The translations under genes and the position numbers were made by a program. Positions 1 to 7,706 of a stretch of DNA of 27,880 nt are shown here, one piece after another. The notes under the pieces were generated by a model. It was not told where the DNA came from. It was given only the letters and a program-made list of their open reading frames with translations, and ran no database searches. Source of the stretch: Candidatus Rokuibacteriota bacterium (GTDB lineage Bacteria; Methylomirabilota; Methylomirabilia; Rokubacteriales; CSP1-6); contig JACPCX010000136.1 of assembly GCA_016184305.1 (NCBI GenBank), positions 1 to 27,880 of the forward strand, in the 5' to 3' direction. The number at the start of each line of letters is the position of its first letter. Position 1 is the stretch's first letter.

Positions 1-223
1 CTCCCGCTCCCGCTCCCACGCCCGCGCCCGCGCCCGCGCCCGGGGCGGAGGCGCGCCCGGGTGCCGGAGCGACGGCGCCTGGTGCGGGCGCCGCAGGAGC
101 CGGCGCCGTCGGAGGTGGCGCGGACGCGGCGGTCGTCGCGGGCCGCTTGGGACATCCCACGAGGAACAGGCTGAGGACCAGCAGGGGCAGCACGAGAAGC
201 AGATGACCCCGTCGTTGCCGCAT
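1..223 (-). CDS. pal: Peptidoglycan-associated lipoprotein Pal, N-terminal part (runs off window edge)
   Basis: Not in the ORF track. ATG at 223 with RBS AAGGAGGAG (232-240). Translates MRQRRGHLLLVLPLLVLSLFLVGCPKRPATTAASAPPP...; lipobox LVGC, then a Pro/Ala/Gly-rich linker; lies directly downstream of tolB. The OmpA-like domain is outside the window. Confidence 0.8.
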   Translation of the reverse strand, partial: MRQRRGHLLLVLPLLVLSLFLVGCPKRPATTAASAPPPTAPAPAAPAPGAVAPAPGRASAPGAGAGAGVGAGAG

Positions 224-283
224 GATGTTGACTCCTCCTTGTCTACGTCCGGTGAACAGGCCCACAAACTGCCGGCAATCTTA

Positions 284-1618
284 TCACGGAAGACGAGGGG
301 ACCAAGCAGGACTTGTGGCCTCACCCCCTTGAGTGGGTGCCGCCTGCTGCTCGGAGCCGTCGGCGAGCATGGTGAAGATGCGCCAGCCGCGGAGCCGGCT
401 TCCGTGAAACGCCAGATGGCGCCCGTTGGGGGCCCAGGAGGCGTTCTCGTTGTCTCCCGGGCCGGCCGTGAGCTGGCGCACGTTGGAGCCGTGAGGGCTC
501 ACGGCCCACAGGTCGTGGTTGCCCCGGCGCGAGGTGTAGACGATGGTGTCGCCCTTCGGCGACCACCGCGGCTGCGTGTTGAAGCCGCCGCTGGTCAGGC
601 GCCTCACGTTGGCGCCCTCGGCGTCCATGATGAAGATCTGCGCCGTCCCGGCGCGGTCCGAGGTGAAGGCGATCTCCCGCCCCGTCGGCGACCAGCTCGG
701 CTCGGTGTCGATCCCGCTGTGGGTCGTGAGCCGCCGGAAGGCCCCCGTGGCCACGGTAAGGAGATAGATCTCCGGGTTGCCGTCCTTCGACAGCGTGAGC
801 GCCACCGATCGGCCGTCGGGGCTCCACGCCGGCGATGCGTTGATGCCGAGATAGCCCGCGAGGAGCTGCACCGGACGGCGCTCGAAGGCGAAGAGCCGGT
901 AGAGAAACGGGTAGCCGCCCATGTAGGACGTGAAGGCCACCGAGCGCCCGTCGGGGCTCCATGCCGGCGAGAGGTTGATGGAGCGGTTGGCGGTGAGCGG
1001 GGCCGGGCCCGCCCCGTCGTAGTCCATCAGGGAGAGCTCCTTCACGCCCGGGCGCACGGCGAGATAGGCGATCTTGGTGTCGGCGATGCCGGGCTCCCCC
1101 GTGAACTGGAAGACCACCTCGTCGGCGATCTTGTGGGCGAGCCGGCGCGCCTCTGCCACCGGCATCTCGATCTTCTTCGAGGCAATGGCCCGGAGCTCCG
1201 GGGAGGTGAGGTCGTAGAGCCGCATCTCGGCCGTCGCGCGGCCGCCGCCCAGGCTCAGGAGGCCGTGGAGGGCCGCGTGGGCTCCGGCGGCCGCGGCGCC
1301 GGCCCAGCGCTGGCGGAGCGCCTCGACATCTGCCGCGGGGAGCGGGGTGGGGTCGGAGACCACGCTGAAGAGCGCCGAGAACTTGAGGTCGGCTGAGGTC
1401 ACCTCGGGGACCCGCTTGGCGAGCCCCCCGGTATCGGTGCCTGCCACCACGGTGAAGTCCGGGATGAAGATGTTGAGGCGCTTGGCCCCGCTGGCCATGA
1501 CGTTGAGCAGTACGTCCGGGGCCTGAGAGCGTGCCAGGGGTGGGGAGGAGAGGACTCCCCCCATGACGACCCCAAGGACCGCCGCCACGAGAGCCAGGAG
1601 CGCTCGGGCCTCGCGCAC
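284..1618 (-). CDS. tolB: Tol-Pal system beta-propeller protein TolB
   Basis: Probable GTG start at 1618 just after the upstream stop; signal peptide; TolB_N region (AHKIADEVVFQFTGEPGIADTKIAY); repeated PD40 motifs (SPAWSPDG). Confidence 0.93.
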   Translation of the reverse strand: MREARALLALVAAVLGVVMGGVLSSPPLARSQAPDVLLNVMASGAKRLNIFIPDFTVVAGTDTGGLAKRVPEVTSADLKFSALFSVVSDPTPLPAADVEALRQRWAGAAAAGAHAALHGLLSLGGGRATAEMRLYDLTSPELRAIASKKIEMPVAEARRLAHKIADEVVFQFTGEPGIADTKIAYLAVRPGVKELSLMDYDGAGPAPLTANRSINLSPAWSPDGRSVAFTSYMGGYPFLYRLFAFERRPVQLLAGYLGINASPAWSPDGRSVALTLSKDGNPEIYLLTVATGAFRRLTTHSGIDTEPSWSPTGREIAFTSDRAGTAQIFIMDAEGANVRRLTSGGFNTQPRWSPKGDTIVYTSRRGNHDLWAVSPHGSNVRQLTAGPGDNENASWAPNGRHLAFHGSRLRGWRIFTMLADGSEQQAAPTQGGEATSPAWSPRLP

Positions 1619-1620
1619 GC

Positions 1621-2469
1621 TCAGCCGCGCTCCGGCCGGAGCTCGAAGCGGAACAGCACGCGGAGGGAGGGCTTGCTCCACTCCTGGGGCAGGGGCGGGA
1701 AGGGGCTCGCGTCGGCGATGGCGCGCAGCGCCGCCTGGTCGTAGAAGGCGTTGCCCGAGCTCTTCTCGATCTTCGGGGCTCGGATGGAGCCGTCGCGCTG
1801 GATGTCGACGAGGACGAGCGGCTTCTGCGACGGCTCGCTGGTCTGCCCCTGCTTTTGCCACCGCTCCTCGACCTTCTGGAGGACCTGGCGCAGGTACCAC
1901 GCGTGGGGGAAGTCGGAGACGTCGAGCGTGAGCGCGCCCGTGCCGCTCACGGAGCCCTTGGTCTGGCCCAGGGGCGGAGGCGGGGCCGGGCGCGCCTCAG
2001 TGGGCGTCTCTCCGGCCCTCGCGGCGGTTGGCGGCGCGGGCGCGCGGCGCTCCGCGGGCGCTCCCAGCGGCGGCAATTCCTTCTCGCCCGGACGCGGCAG
2101 CGCCGCCGGGCGCGAGGGCAGCCGCGGCGTGACGGCGGGGCTGTCGGGGAGCTTCACCGCCTCGCGCGCTCGCGCCTCGCGCGGCTCGGGCTCGGGCAAG
2201 CTCGACCGCGAGGGCGCGAGCGTGGCGGGACGGGGCGGCAGCGCCGGCGCCGTGGCTCCGGACGGGGATCCCACGGCGGCCACCGCGGGGACAAGGTTGA
2301 CCACGTAGACCTTCTGGCTGCTCCCGCCGCCCCAGATCACCCATGCGATCACGGCGGCGGCGGCGAGGCCGTGGCCGATGGTCGAGACGGTGATGGCCAG
2401 TAACGGCAACCGCCTGCGGCGGAGAGCGGGGCCGGGCCTGACGGGCGTCACCTGGAACGGTGACCGCAT
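1621..2469 (-). CDS. TolA/TonB family energy-transducing protein
   Basis: N-terminal TM with SxxxH motif (STIGH), Pro-rich linker, TonB_C-like C-terminus (IQRDGSI...SSGNAFYDQAALRAI...PFPPLP); sits between tolR and tolB. Confidence 0.88.
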   Translation of the reverse strand: MRSPFQVTPVRPGPALRRRRLPLLAITVSTIGHGLAAAAVIAWVIWGGGSSQKVYVVNLVPAVAAVGSPSGATAPALPPRPATLAPSRSSLPEPEPREARAREAVKLPDSPAVTPRLPSRPAALPRPGEKELPPLGAPAERRAPAPPTAARAGETPTEARPAPPPPLGQTKGSVSGTGALTLDVSDFPHAWYLRQVLQKVEERWQKQGQTSEPSQKPLVLVDIQRDGSIRAPKIEKSSGNAFYDQAALRAIADASPFPPLPQEWSKPSLRVLFRFELRPERG

Positions 2470-2498
2470 CGGAACGCCTCCGGCAACGCTGGTGGAGA

Positions 2499-2936
2499 TC
2501 AGCGGTCCCTCGCCGGCTCGGTCACCATCCCGAGCTTCTCGACCCCGGCCCGGCGCACGCGGTCCATGGTCTCGACCACGAAGCCGTACTGCAGTCCCTG
2601 GTCTGCCTTGAGGTAGATCGTCTTGTCGGCGCGGCTCTTGAGGACCTCCCGCAAGCGCGGCTCCAGCCCGGCCAGAGGGACCGGCTTGTCGTTGATGAAC
2701 GCCATCTGATCCTTGGTGAGCGTCAGCACCACCCGCTCTTCCACCGCCGTGGGCTTGGCCGCGCTCTTCGGCAGCGAGACGTCGATCCCGCGGTGCATCA
2801 GGGGCGCCGTGAGCATGAAAATCAGGAGCAGGACGAGGATGACGTCCACCAGCGGGATGATGTTGATCTCGGACAGCGTGGCGCCGATCCGGGCTCCGCC
2901 CGCGCCGTACTCCGCCGAGTCGACCTTAATGGCCAT
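2499..2936 (-). CDS. tolR: Biopolymer transport protein TolR/ExbD
   Basis: SEINIIPLVDVILVLLLIFMLTAP and YLKAD..YGFVV..MD motifs. Confidence 0.93.
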   Translation of the reverse strand: MAIKVDSAEYGAGGARIGATLSEINIIPLVDVILVLLLIFMLTAPLMHRGIDVSLPKSAAKPTAVEERVVLTLTKDQMAFINDKPVPLAGLEPRLREVLKSRADKTIYLKADQGLQYGFVVETMDRVRRAGVEKLGMVTEPARDR

Positions 2937-3666
2937 CTTTGACGATCCGCGCCGGCTTGGGCACCGGGCGGGCGAAGAGGTTGAGCAGGTCCAGCGAGAA
3001 GCCTTCCATCTCAGTCGCCCATCGCTTCACCTGGTTGACGAAGTAGTTGTAGGCGATGACCGCGGGGATGGCTGCGCCCAGACCGGCCGCCGTGGCGATG
3101 AGCGCCTCGGAGATGCCGGGGGCGACCACGGCGAGGCTGGCCGAGCCCTGCTGGCCGATACCGTGGAAGGCGCTCATGATGCCCCAGACCGTGCCGAAGA
3201 GCCCGATGAAGGGCGCGGAGCTCGCCGTCGTGGCGAGGAAGGGCAGGTAGCGCTCCATGCGGGAGATCTCCCCGGACCCTGCCCGCCGCATCGCCCGCTG
3301 GATGGCGTCCACGCGCTCCGGTGGGATGCCCTCCTCGGCCTCCTCGAGCATGCGGTCGAGCATCTCGGCCCCGCCGATGGCCCCGCCGGCCTCCTGGCAG
3401 CCGGCGATGTAGAGCTGGGCGAGCGGGCTCTCGCGGTGTTTCTTGGCGGCGCCGAAGATGGCCGACAGCCGCCGCCCCTCGCGGAAGACCTTCAGGAAGC
3501 GCCCCGACTCCCTGCGGATCTTCCTGAACTCCCACCACTTCTCCACGACCAGGGCCCAGCAGACGACGGAGAAGACGCCAAGGAGGAGAAGGACGAACTT
3601 CGCGACGGGGCCGGCATTGAGGACGAGCTCGACGACGCTGGAGTTCAGGCTTCCATTTCCCTGCAC
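2926..3666 (-). CDS. tolQ: TolQ (MotA/TolQ/ExbB proton channel)
   Basis: [22 protein letters not shown] and [17 protein letters not shown] motifs; GTG at 3666 preceded by AAGGAG. Confidence 0.93.
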   Translation of the reverse strand: MQGNGSLNSSVVELVLNAGPVAKFVLLLLGVFSVVCWALVVEKWWEFRKIRRESGRFLKVFREGRRLSAIFGAAKKHRESPLAQLYIAGCQEAGGAIGGAEMLDRMLEEAEEGIPPERVDAIQRAMRRAGSGEISRMERYLPFLATTASSAPFIGLFGTVWGIMSAFHGIGQQGSASLAVVAPGISEALIATAAGLGAAIPAVIAYNYFVNQVKRWATEMEGFSLDLLNLFARPVPKPARIVKDGH

Positions 3667-3715
3667 TCGGGGCTCCTTTTGGGGCGCAACTCGAGGAGAA
3701 AACCCGCTCTTCCGG

Positions 3716-3745
3716 ATGATACCGAACACGCGCGAAGAGTGTCAA
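3716..3745 (-). promoter_or_regulatory. Sigma70-type promoter for the tol-pal operon
   Basis: Minus strand TTGACA (3745-3740) - N18 - TATCAT (3721-3716). Confidence 0.65.
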
Positions 3746-3749
3746 TGAT

Positions 3750-3778
3750 TTGACAGCCACAACGTCCCGCCGTATAAG
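3750..3778 (+). promoter_or_regulatory. Sigma70-type promoter for the lgt operon
   Basis: TTGACA (3750-3755) - N17 - TATAAG (3773-3778). Confidence 0.75.
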
Positions 3779-3871
3779 GGGGCGGTGATGTCCACGGGCG
3801 ATCGCGACCCCCGCCGCATATGACGGACCCCGACTCGTGAGCATTCGCCTCCCGTGGGAGGCCGCGCGTTG

Positions 3872-4657
3872 ATGTTCCGGTCACCTGGTCCCATCGTACT
3901 GCAGCTCGGGCCTCTGACCATCCGCTGGTACGGGCTCCTGATGGCCACGGCCATGGGGCTCGGCCTCTGGCTCGCGTATCGTGACGCCAAGCGCCGGGGA
4001 CTCGATCCCGAGAGCCTGCTCAAGGCCTCGGAGCTCGGCCTGCTCGGCGCCCTGGTGGGCGCCCGGCTCTACTATGTTCTCTTCAACCTGGATTACTACA
4101 GCCAGTTCCCCGCCAAGATCTTCGCCGTCTGGGAGGGGGGGCTCGCCATCCACGGTGGGCTCATCGGCGGGCTCCTGGTCGGGGGCGGCTATGCGTGGCG
4201 GCGAGGCCTTCCGGCGCGGACGTACACGGACATCGTCGCGCCGTGCCTCGCCCTCGGTCAGGCCATCGGCCGCTGGGGCAACTTCTTCAACGAGGAGGCC
4301 TTCGGCACGCCGACGAGCCTGCCCTGGAAGCTGTTCATCTCGCCGCCGCACCGCCCGCTGATCTACGCCCAGGACGAGTTCTTCCATCCTGCGTTCCTCT
4401 ACGAGTCCGTCTGGGACCTGGCCGTGTTCGGCCTCCTCAGCTGGGCCTTCCGCGACCGCCTGGCGCGGGCGCCGGGGGCGCTCTTCCTGACCTATCTGGG
4501 GCTGTACTCCGCAGGGCGCTTCTTCACCGAGGCCATCCGCACGGATCCCCTCATGCTGGGCCCTCTGCGCGTGGCCCAGATGGTGAGCCTGCTGGGCGTG
4601 GCCGTGGCTGTCGTCGGCGTGCCGCTGATGCTCAAGCGCGCCCGGCCCGCCGCCTGA
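3872..4657 (+). CDS. lgt: Prolipoprotein diacylglyceryl transferase
   Basis: [47 protein letters not shown] motifs; GGAGG RBS at 3857-3861 favours ATG 3872. Confidence 0.95.
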   Translation: MFRSPGPIVLQLGPLTIRWYGLLMATAMGLGLWLAYRDAKRRGLDPESLLKASELGLLGALVGARLYYVLFNLDYYSQFPAKIFAVWEGGLAIHGGLIGGLLVGGGYAWRRGLPARTYTDIVAPCLALGQAIGRWGNFFNEEAFGTPTSLPWKLFISPPHRPLIYAQDEFFHPAFLYESVWDLAVFGLLSWAFRDRLARAPGALFLTYLGLYSAGRFFTEAIRTDPLMLGPLRVAQMVSLLGVAVAVVGVPLMLKRARPAA

Positions 4658-4664
4658 CGGGCCC

Positions 4665-5438
4665 GTGTACTTCGCCTTCCTCGGCACCTCCGGCGCCGTG
4701 CCGTCCCTGCGCCGGGACACCACGTCCCTGGTCTTCGTGGGGCGTGACGAGTCCGTGCTGGTGGACTGCGGGGGCAGCCCGGTCCAGAAGCTCCTCTTGG
4801 CGGGGACGCGCCCCGAGCGCCTCGAGCGCGTGATCATCACCCACGTCCACCCCGATCACGCCTATGGCCTGCCGTCTCTGATCCAGAGCCTCTTCCTCAT
4901 GAGGCGCGCGGCGCCGCTGGCCCTCTCCTGCCGGCCGGAGCACGCCGAGCCCCTCCGGGCGCTCCTCGGCGTGTTCGGCCTCCTCGAGCGGCCGGGGATG
5001 TTTCCCCTCCTGTGGGACACGGTGCCGGCGCGGGAGGGGGCCTCCGTGGCGACATCAGCCTCCTTCGCGATCTCGGCGTCGCCCAACGCGCATGGCGGCA
5101 TGCCGAACCTGGCGCTCCGCTTCGACATGCGCGGGCGCGGCTCCGTCGTCTACTCCTCGGACACCGCGCCGAGCGATGCGGTCGCGGCGCTGGCCCGGGG
5201 CGCCCACACCCTGATCCACGAGGCGACGTTCTCCTCGCTCTCCAGCGAGCGCGTCGGCGCCCACTCGACGGCGGCCGAGGCGGGCGAGATCGCGGCGCGG
5301 GCGGGCGTCCACCGTCTCATCTTGACCCACATGGACGCCGCCCATCACGGCGAGGTCGAGGCTCTGGCGGACGAAGCCCGCTCCCGGTTCGACGGGATCG
5401 TGGAGATCGCCGAGGAGCTGGTTCCGTACCCCCTGTGA
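4665..5438 (+). CDS. RNase Z-like metallo-beta-lactamase-fold hydrolase
   Basis: FLGTSGAVP..R, DCG, THVHPDH (HxHxDH), YSSDT, LIHEATF, HST and LILTH motifs of the RNase Z/ElaC family; at 257 aa it is short and may lack a long exosite. Confidence 0.85.
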   Translation: MYFAFLGTSGAVPSLRRDTTSLVFVGRDESVLVDCGGSPVQKLLLAGTRPERLERVIITHVHPDHAYGLPSLIQSLFLMRRAAPLALSCRPEHAEPLRALLGVFGLLERPGMFPLLWDTVPAREGASVATSASFAISASPNAHGGMPNLALRFDMRGRGSVVYSSDTAPSDAVAALARGAHTLIHEATFSSLSSERVGAHSTAAEAGEIAARAGVHRLILTHMDAAHHGEVEALADEARSRFDGIVEIAEELVPYPL

Positions 5439-6112
5439 GCGGGATCAGCGCGCGCCGCACACCCAGCGTCGCCGAGGCGCGGGCCATCCAGGAGCGGCTA
5501 CGCGCGCGCGTGCGCGTGACCGGCGGGCCCCGGCGCCCGCGCCTCGTGGCCGGCGCCGACCTCGCCTACCGCGCCGATGGATCCCGCGCCTGGGCCGCCG
5601 TCGTGCTCGTGTCGCTCCCAGACGGGGTGGTGGTCGAGACGGCCACTGCCTGGCACCGTCCGCGCTTCCCGTACATTCCCGGCTACCTCTCGTTCCGCGA
5701 GGGCCCGCTGCTGCTCGCGGCCTTCGGGCGCCTCGAGCGCCGGCCCGACCTCTGCCTCTTCGACGGGCAGGGGATCGCCCATCCGCGGGGCGTCGGACTG
5801 GCCTCCCACATGGGTGTGCTCCTGGACTTGCCGAGCGTCGGCTGCGCGAAGTCGCGCCTCGTGGGCAAGCACGACGAGCCCGGCGCAGGGCGCGGGGACT
5901 GGGCGCCGCTCCGGATCGAGGGCCGGACGGTCGGCGCGGTGCTGCGGACGCGTGAGGGTGTGCGCCCGATCTACGTCTCGCCGGGGCATCGCATCGGGCT
6001 CGCCCGCGCCATCGAGTGCGTGCTCGCGGTGAGCCGGTTGCGAGTCCCCGAGCCCATCCGGCAGGCCGAGCGCGTCGCCGACGAGCTGAAGCGGCGGGAC
6101 CACCGCGGATGA
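5435..6112 (+). CDS. nfi: Endonuclease V (deoxyinosine 3' endonuclease)
   Basis: AGAD, FPYIPGYLSFRE, DGQGIAHPRGVGLASH, GCAKS, YVSPGH, PEP motifs; GTGA overlap with the upstream stop. Confidence 0.93.
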   Translation: MSGISARRTPSVAEARAIQERLRARVRVTGGPRRPRLVAGADLAYRADGSRAWAAVVLVSLPDGVVVETATAWHRPRFPYIPGYLSFREGPLLLAAFGRLERRPDLCLFDGQGIAHPRGVGLASHMGVLLDLPSVGCAKSRLVGKHDEPGAGRGDWAPLRIEGRTVGAVLRTREGVRPIYVSPGHRIGLARAIECVLAVSRLRVPEPIRQAERVADELKRRDHRG

Positions 6113-6861
6113 TGCCGCGCTACGAGAGCCGCGATGGTCGGGGCTGTCTCCTCGTCGGCGACAGCCGCCGGCTGGATCCCATCCCCACGGGCAGCGTCGG
6201 CGTGATCGTCACCTCGCCCCCTTACTGGGTGCGTGGTCGGGGCCGGGACTCGGCCGAGCGCTGGGCGCGGACGCTCGCTCAGGAGTTCGGCGCGGAGTGG
6301 CGGCGCGTGCTGGCGCCGGACGGGGACCTGTGGCTCGTGATCGGCGATCGCCACGACGGCGCGGAGTGGCTGGGCCTCGACGGCATCGTCAGCGAGTGGA
6401 TGCGGCGGACGGGGTGGCGGCTTCAGTCCAAGGGCTGCTGGGCGCAGGTGCGCTCGCGGGAGCGCTGGGACAACCGGCTCAACCACGTGCTCCGCTTTCG
6501 CAACGCGGGGCGCGCCGTTCGCCCCGACTCGACCACGCTGTGCTGGATGCTCCCGCTGCCGCCCTCGCACCGCGAGAGCCTCTGGGACGCCACCCCCGAT
6601 CCCGTGATCCGCACCGCCCTGGAAAAGAGCAAGAAGCGGGGGCCGGTGCTGGATCCGTTCATCGGCGCGGGGACGGTCGCGCTCGTGGCGCGGGCCGCCG
6701 GTCGCGCGTGGATCGGAGTGGAGCGGGATCCGCGGATGGCGCGGCTCGCGGCGCGGCGCCTCGGGCTGCGGCGCCTCGGGCTGCGGCGTCCCGCGCGTCC
6801 CGTCAGGACAGTCGCGTCCGGATCTTCCGGACGAGCTCCTGGTAGGACGAGGTCCGGATGA
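6109..6861 (+). CDS. Orphan N4-cytosine/N6-adenine methyltransferase, beta class
   Basis: Catalytic TSPPY (motif IV) precedes SAM-binding VLDPFIGAGT (motif I) and GVERD; ATGA overlap with nfi; no adjacent restriction endonuclease. Confidence 0.82.
   Translation: MMPRYESRDGRGCLLVGDSRRLDPIPTGSVGVIVTSPPYWVRGRGRDSAERWARTLAQEFGAEWRRVLAPDGDLWLVIGDRHDGAEWLGLDGIVSEWMRRTGWRLQSKGCWAQVRSRERWDNRLNHVLRFRNAGRAVRPDSTTLCWMLPLPPSHRESLWDATPDPVIRTALEKSKKRGPVLDPFIGAGTVALVARAAGRAWIGVERDPRMARLAARRLGLRRLGLRRPARPVRTVASGSSGRAPGRTRSG
6753..6788 (+). repeat. 15-bp tandem duplication GCGGCGCCTCGGGCT x2.4
   Basis: Exact copies at 6753-6767 and 6768-6782 plus partial 6783-6788; gives RRLGLRRLGLRR in the MTase tail. Confidence 0.85.
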
Positions 6862-7399
6862 TCTCGTTGAACTGGGCCCGGTAGTTTCCGGTCAGGCTCA
6901 CGCCCTCGACGACGATGTCGTTGATCAGCCAGCGCTCGTTCTGGCGGGCCACCCGGTAGTCGATGGCCACCTCCTGGCCCTGCCTGGTGACGAGCCGCGT
7001 GCGCACCACCGCGTGCTCGCCCTCCGCCGACTCGCCCGCGTAGCGGATCGGCTCGCCGCTGTACCGCTCGACCTTCGAGAGGTACGCGCGCTCGATCAGG
7101 TCCCGGAACAGCGCGGTGAACTCCACGCGCTCCGCCCCCGAGCGCCCGTCCCAGTGCCCGCCGAGGGCGCGCCGGGCCATCCCCGCCCAGTCGAACACTT
7201 CCTCCGTTGCCTCGCGGAGCGCCCGGTGCCGCTCCTGGGCTTTGGCCGAGCCCTTGAGGGCGGGATCCTCGAGGGTCCGGATGACGCGGGCGATCTGGAG
7301 CTTGAGCTGGTCGGTCACGGATGCGGCGAAACCGCCGGACGCGCCGGCGAGCGCCACCAGCGCAACCAGCATCCCCGACAGAATGAGCCTGCGGATCAT
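6803..7399 (-). CDS. mlaC: MlaC/Ttg2D family phospholipid-binding periplasmic protein
   Basis: Signal peptide; FDWAGMARRALG, F..LIERAY, IDYR...WLINDIVVEGVSLTGNYRAQF motifs. Confidence 0.88.
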   Translation of the reverse strand: MIRRLILSGMLVALVALAGASGGFAASVTDQLKLQIARVIRTLEDPALKGSAKAQERHRALREATEEVFDWAGMARRALGGHWDGRSGAERVEFTALFRDLIERAYLSKVERYSGEPIRYAGESAEGEHAVVRTRLVTRQGQEVAIDYRVARQNERWLINDIVVEGVSLTGNYRAQFNEIIRTSSYQELVRKIRTRLS

Positions 7400-7454
7400 G
7401 TGTTCTGTCTCCTTGGACTGATCGGCTCGCGTGCTGCGGAGCCCTCGATGTCAG

Positions 7455-7470
7455 AGCAAGCCCCGTGCCC
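7455..7470 (-). promoter_or_regulatory. Sigma54 (-24/-12) promoter
   Basis: Minus strand GGGCACGGGGCTTGCT matches TGGCACG-N4-TTGCW with correct spacing; about 56 bp upstream of the mlaC ATG, with ~235 bp of non-coding DNA further upstream that could hold an enhancer. Confidence 0.7.
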
Positions 7471-7706
7471 GGATCCCGCGACGGAGAAAGCCTGTTCCTG
7501 CAGGGACTCACGGCTGGCGCGGATTGTCGGCGCCCCGGACCATGAAACGCTTGCGTACCGGCGTGTAAGTCCTGCGGGCGCTCCGGAAGGCACGCGAGCG
7601 CGCCTCTCGCAAATTAGACGGTGCGCGGATGCGGGTGGATTCCTCGGGCAGCGGGGCGGCGAGTCTGACCTGCCGGCCCTCGCGCGGCAGCCCGGTCGCG
7701 ATCTCG

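Noticed and set aside
1619..1900. N-terminal extension of TolB (538-aa call); likewise extensions of nfi (5012), the ThrC-like gene (9098) and the response regulator (18998)
   Set aside because: They overlap neighbouring genes; family-typical N-termini begin at the downstream starts given in features.
6109..6861. Classical type II restriction-modification system
   Set aside because: No restriction endonuclease or controller gene is adjacent; EndoV is a repair-type nuclease.
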